Shown here piece after piece: positions 60,656 through 64,000 of a stretch of DNA of 64,000 bases (its first letter is position 1; each line of letters begins with the position of its first letter). The position numbers were made by a program, and so were the translations under genes. The notes beneath the pieces are model-generated. The model made no database searches. It saw only the letters and a list, made by a program, of their open reading frames with translations, and had not been told where the DNA came from. The stretch covers positions 145,255 through 209,254 of the forward strand of contig DATDRP010000006.1 in the NCBI GenBank assembly GCA_035291665.1, read 5' to 3'. The DNA is from Patescibacteria group bacterium. GTDB taxonomy: Bacteria; Patescibacteriota; Microgenomatia; UBA8517.

Positions 60656-61351
60656 ATGGCAAAATATCGGAAAAACAATTTCCCCTATCTGATAACCGTA
60701 CTTTCCGTAGTTCTTATTAGCCTTGGAATTTTTATATCAAAAAGGAATGTTTCCTATTCCAAGTGTGCAAACACTTTGAGCTGTGAAGAAAGTCTTAACT
60801 TTTCCATAAACAATGATGAAACAGCCGTTTTTAATGGTGAAATCATTAAGCCGCCGGAAATAGATCTTGCGCAAATTATTGACGAACCGAAAGTATTGGG
60901 TGAAGAAACCGCAGTTTCGGACAAACGTATTGAAGTTGACTTGACTACGCAAACCCTCAAAGCATATGAAGGAGAGAAGCTTTATATGGAAAGTAAAATA
61001 TCATCCGGAAAAATGTTTCCTACGCCAAACGGGGAATTTACCATATGGAGAAAAATAAGAGCCACCAAGATGTCGGGCGGGACGGGTAATGGATATTATT
61101 ACCTTCCGAATGTGCCGTATGTTATGTTTTTTTCCGGTTCCAAATTATCAGCCGGACTCGGGTTTAGCCTTCACGGTACATATTGGCATGACAATTTTGG
61201 CCACCCCATGAGTCACGGCTGTGTGAACATGAAGACGCGGGATGCAAAGAAACTTTTCGAATGGGTGGATCCTCCAATGACTCCCGAACAAAAACAATCC
61301 GAACCGGGTGAAACCGGAACAAAAATAATCATATATGGAAAAGCACCATAA
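60656..61351 (+). CDS. L,D-transpeptidase (YkuD domain)
   Basis: Catalytic segment GFSLHGTYWHDNFGHPMSHGCVNM with a His ... GC(V)N-type active site. Confidence 0.8.
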   Translation: MAKYRKNNFPYLITVLSVVLISLGIFISKRNVSYSKCANTLSCEESLNFSINNDETAVFNGEIIKPPEIDLAQIIDEPKVLGEETAVSDKRIEVDLTTQTLKAYEGEKLYMESKISSGKMFPTPNGEFTIWRKIRATKMSGGTGNGYYYLPNVPYVMFFSGSKLSAGLGFSLHGTYWHDNFGHPMSHGCVNMKTRDAKKLFEWVDPPMTPEQKQSEPGETGTKIIIYGKAP

Positions 61352-61964
61352 TAAATATTATTTAATTTTGACCTTATCCGGAATATTTCTTACTACCGGA
61401 CTTGTACTTATGGCCGCATCCGGACTGAAGAAAGATGTGTCTGTGACTACCGATTTGGCGTATGACGCCAAAACTGAAATCCCATTCAAAGAAGAAGAGG
61501 CGGACATTATTTCCCCCGACGGCAAATATACTCTAACCGTTAAAAAAGGAATGGAATTGAATGGATTGGTTCCCCAATCATTTTATATATCATCGGAAAA
61601 GGACTCATCCCCGATAAAAATATTTGAAAAAAATTCAAAACCCGAAAATATGATATCAGTCCCGGAAAACACTTTTTCTCCGGATAATAAATATATTTTT
61701 CTGAAATACGACGAACAGGGTAAATCCCGATATCTTGTTTTACGGACAAACGGGGAAGAAATAAGGAATGGAGTTCCGACCGTGGAATTTGAGGGTCTTT
61801 TCAGCGAGAAATATCCTGAATTTGTTATTACTGATGTAACCGGATGGGGTAGCTATAGTTTAATTGTTATAAATACTGACACAATAGACGGAAAAACAGG
61901 TCCATCCTGGTGGTTTGACCTATCCAGCCTTACATTTATCCGTTTATCATCGAGATTTAATTGA
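61335..61964 (+). CDS. Membrane-anchored hypothetical protein
   Basis: N-terminal TM; no motif. Confidence 0.4.
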   Translation: MEKHHNKYYLILTLSGIFLTTGLVLMAASGLKKDVSVTTDLAYDAKTEIPFKEEEADIISPDGKYTLTVKKGMELNGLVPQSFYISSEKDSSPIKIFEKNSKPENMISVPENTFSPDNKYIFLKYDEQGKSRYLVLRTNGEEIRNGVPTVEFEGLFSEKYPEFVITDVTGWGSYSLIVINTDTIDGKTGPSWWFDLSSLTFIRLSSRFN

Positions 61965-62059
61965 TACATAATTTCTTCAAAGGATAAAAGCCCGTATTGA
62001 AATATTGATATAGTATGTAAGCTGTGTTACAGACTTATGAGTTCAATTGCGTAAAATGA

Positions 62060-62716
62060 ATGAAGTATATGAATAATAAAGTTATAGTTGCTGCAGTCGT
62101 TCTGATATTGCTGCTTGTTGGCGGAGGAGCATATTTGATGATGTCCAAGAAGTCTGGCGTAACTACCCCAACAAGTGTTAATAATTCACAAGGAAGCGCT
62201 GTCCAAGAAACGACCGGATCGGGTCAAAAGTCGCTTAAGGATTTACTTTTGGCGGGAGTCCCGCAAAAATGCAGCTTTAGCGATGTAAGTAGCGGTGTGG
62301 AGATGGACGGAACATCATATATTGCCGGTGGAAAAGTCCGTGCCGATTTTAATTCAAAAACAGAAGGAAAGGCAACTTCCGGTCATACAATTGTTGACGG
62401 AAACACAAGTTACATTTGGATGGACGGATCGCAAACGGGATTTAAGATGGAAGTTAATGAAACCGAAAGCGACACGTCTTCAAATACAAATCAGGAAGGA
62501 TTGGATTTGAATAAATCGATTGACTATAAGTGCAGTACCTGGCTTCCTGATCAATCACTATTTAACCCACCGAGTGATGTTTCATTTACACAATTTTCTG
62601 CACCGCCAACCCAGGCAGCAGGTTCTAATACTCAATTGAACAATTTATGCAGCAGCTGTGATGCACTTACCGGTGATCAAAAAACCCAATGTCTATCTGC
62701 TTTGAACTGCAATTAA
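62060..62716 (+). CDS. Secreted Ser/Thr-rich hypothetical protein with C-terminal Cys cluster
   Basis: N-terminal TM/signal; C-terminal CSSCDALTGDQKTQCLSALNC. Confidence 0.4.
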   Translation: MKYMNNKVIVAAVVLILLLVGGGAYLMMSKKSGVTTPTSVNNSQGSAVQETTGSGQKSLKDLLLAGVPQKCSFSDVSSGVEMDGTSYIAGGKVRADFNSKTEGKATSGHTIVDGNTSYIWMDGSQTGFKMEVNETESDTSSNTNQEGLDLNKSIDYKCSTWLPDQSLFNPPSDVSFTQFSAPPTQAAGSNTQLNNLCSSCDALTGDQKTQCLSALNCN

Positions 62717-62956
62717 TACATCTGACAGATTGGATTTTATCCCTTTTTAATTCTAAATTGAAGCTAAAAAATTATATATGTTAATCGGAGGAGCACAAAG
62801 TATTACATCATCAGCTCTCATTGCAGTACCCTTTTTCGGGTTTATCAGTAGTGGACTTTTATTAACCATAACAAAATTTCTGGGAGGTGTTGTTTTACTA
62901 AGCTTCAGCACGACTAGAATACTTAGGGTTTTCATCAGATAGCAGACAAATTGAAT

Positions 62957-64000
62957 ATGGATGTATTTACGCTCTTCACTTTAATAATAGTTGTTTTGGG
63001 GACTTTAAATCTTTTCAGACTGACTTTTTTTATGGTGGGATCGGATATTTATGGTTTAAAAAATCATATACGCAAACGGAAAAAGTCAACATATGAACCG
63101 AATGTCATTGTTGTTATTCCGGCATACAACGAAGAGATAAGTATTACCTCATGTGTTACTTCCGTTCTACGAAGCAATTACCCCCGGGAAAAACTGGAAG
63201 TGATAGTGATCAATGATGGTTCAACCGACAAAACCAAAGAAATACTTGAAGAATATCAGCTAAAATCCAATGCCAGAAATCTAAAGATTGTCACTCAGGA
63301 AAATTCCGGAAAAGCTCATTCGTTGAATAACGGAATTCGCAATTATTCACACGGGGAACTGGTGATGTGTCTCGATGGGGATTCCATTCTATCGGAAAAT
63401 GCAATCAAAAATGCCGTTTTATATTTTGAAAAAGAAAATGTGATGGCGCTTGCATCAAATTTAAAAATTCAAAAAGGTAAGGGGATCTTAAATCTGATTC
63501 AAAGGTTTGAATATGCGGTTTCATACCAAATGAAAAAAGCCCAGACGGTTTTTAATATCGAATACATTATCGGGGGTGTGGGATCTATTTTCAGGCGTTC
63601 AATTCTGGAAAAAGTGCGCTTTTATGACACAAATACAGTGACAGAGGATATCGATTTGACTATGAAAATCATTAATAACGGCAATAAAGAATTCCGCGTG
63701 ATTTATGGTTCGGATGTTGTTGCATATACCCAAAGCGCGCTGACTATTAAAGATCTGATAAAACAGCGCTACCGCTGGAAATGGGGAAGATATCAAACTT
63801 TTTTGAAAAATAAGAAATTATTTTTTTCATTTGACAAAAAATATACAAAAGGGCTTTCTTGGTTTTATTTGCCTTTTGCACTTTTCACCGACATTACATT
63901 TTTCCTGGAGCCATTGATGCTGACTTATATCTGGCTTGTGATTTTGGGCCATCGGGATTACGGGAGTTTTTTGGTAATGATAGCAATCGTAACTTATTAC
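62957..64000 (+). CDS. Family-2 glycosyltransferase, processive (cellulose/PNAG-synthase-like), 3' end outside the window
   Basis: VIPAYNEE, DxD in CLDGDS, and the Q(R)xRW motif QRYRWKWG; N-terminal TM; frame open to the window end. Confidence 0.7.
   Translation, partial: MDVFTLFTLIIVVLGTLNLFRLTFFMVGSDIYGLKNHIRKRKKSTYEPNVIVVIPAYNEEISITSCVTSVLRSNYPREKLEVIVINDGSTDKTKEILEEYQLKSNARNLKIVTQENSGKAHSLNNGIRNYSHGELVMCLDGDSILSENAIKNAVLYFEKENVMALASNLKIQKGKGILNLIQRFEYAVSYQMKKAQTVFNIEYIIGGVGSIFRRSILEKVRFYDTNTVTEDIDLTMKIINNGNKEFRVIYGSDVVAYTQSALTIKDLIKQRYRWKWGRYQTFLKNKKLFFSFDKKYTKGLSWFYLPFALFTDITFFLEPLMLTYIWLVILGHRDYGSFLVMIAIVTYY

Noticed and set aside
1-64000. tRNA genes
   Set aside because: All intergenic regions were scanned for T-arm (GGTTCGAATCC-like) and acceptor features and none was found; a small tRNA inside a region read as coding cannot be fully excluded without tRNAscan

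Overview
This window is dense, low-GC bacterial chromosome whose gene content (a type IV pilus/competence-like cluster, many short housekeeping genes, few biosynthetic genes) resembles a small-genome Patescibacteria/CPR-like organism; that placement is inference, not a database result. About 65 coding genes are supported. Reading left to right: the 3' end of rny, an HU homologue, miaA and an AI-2E transporter. These are followed by an RNase P RNA gene (rnpB) with an unusual AT-rich insertion and a duplicated 3' end. Then comes a type IV pilus island: pilB, pilC, three divergently encoded giant minor pilins, a pilM-pilN fusion, a pilO-like gene and the major pilin. Downstream are a 7TM sensor kinase with two paralogous receiver-only regulators, an alpha-glucan phosphorylase, sodA and comM/yifB. 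The next stretch holds translation and tRNA genes (dtd, cca, aspS, gltX), secD/secF, recJ and a short Rel. DNA-repair genes follow: an endonuclease III lacking its Fe-S cysteines, a PD-(D/E)XK Cas4-like nuclease and an alkylation-repair protein, then a malic enzyme. The right-hand end is a peptidoglycan-remodelling neighbourhood: a D,D-carboxypeptidase, a DPBB protein, a Tat-signal PGRP amidase, mltG, a VanW-like protein, an L,D-transpeptidase and a partial GT2 glycosyltransferase. No tRNA genes and no CRISPR array were found. The most unusual directly visible signals are four. First, a dispersed, strand-asymmetric pyrimidine-rich intergenic repeat family with at least seven copies and several modules. 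Second, a duplicated roughly 30-nt leader carrying a TACAAT box in front of two tiny genes that sit between two of those repeat arrays. Third, a 1476-aa secreted multidomain protein with three Pro/Thr linkers and a 4x C-terminal repeat. Fourth, the rnpB gene, whose last ~20 nt plus a terminator are duplicated downstream.
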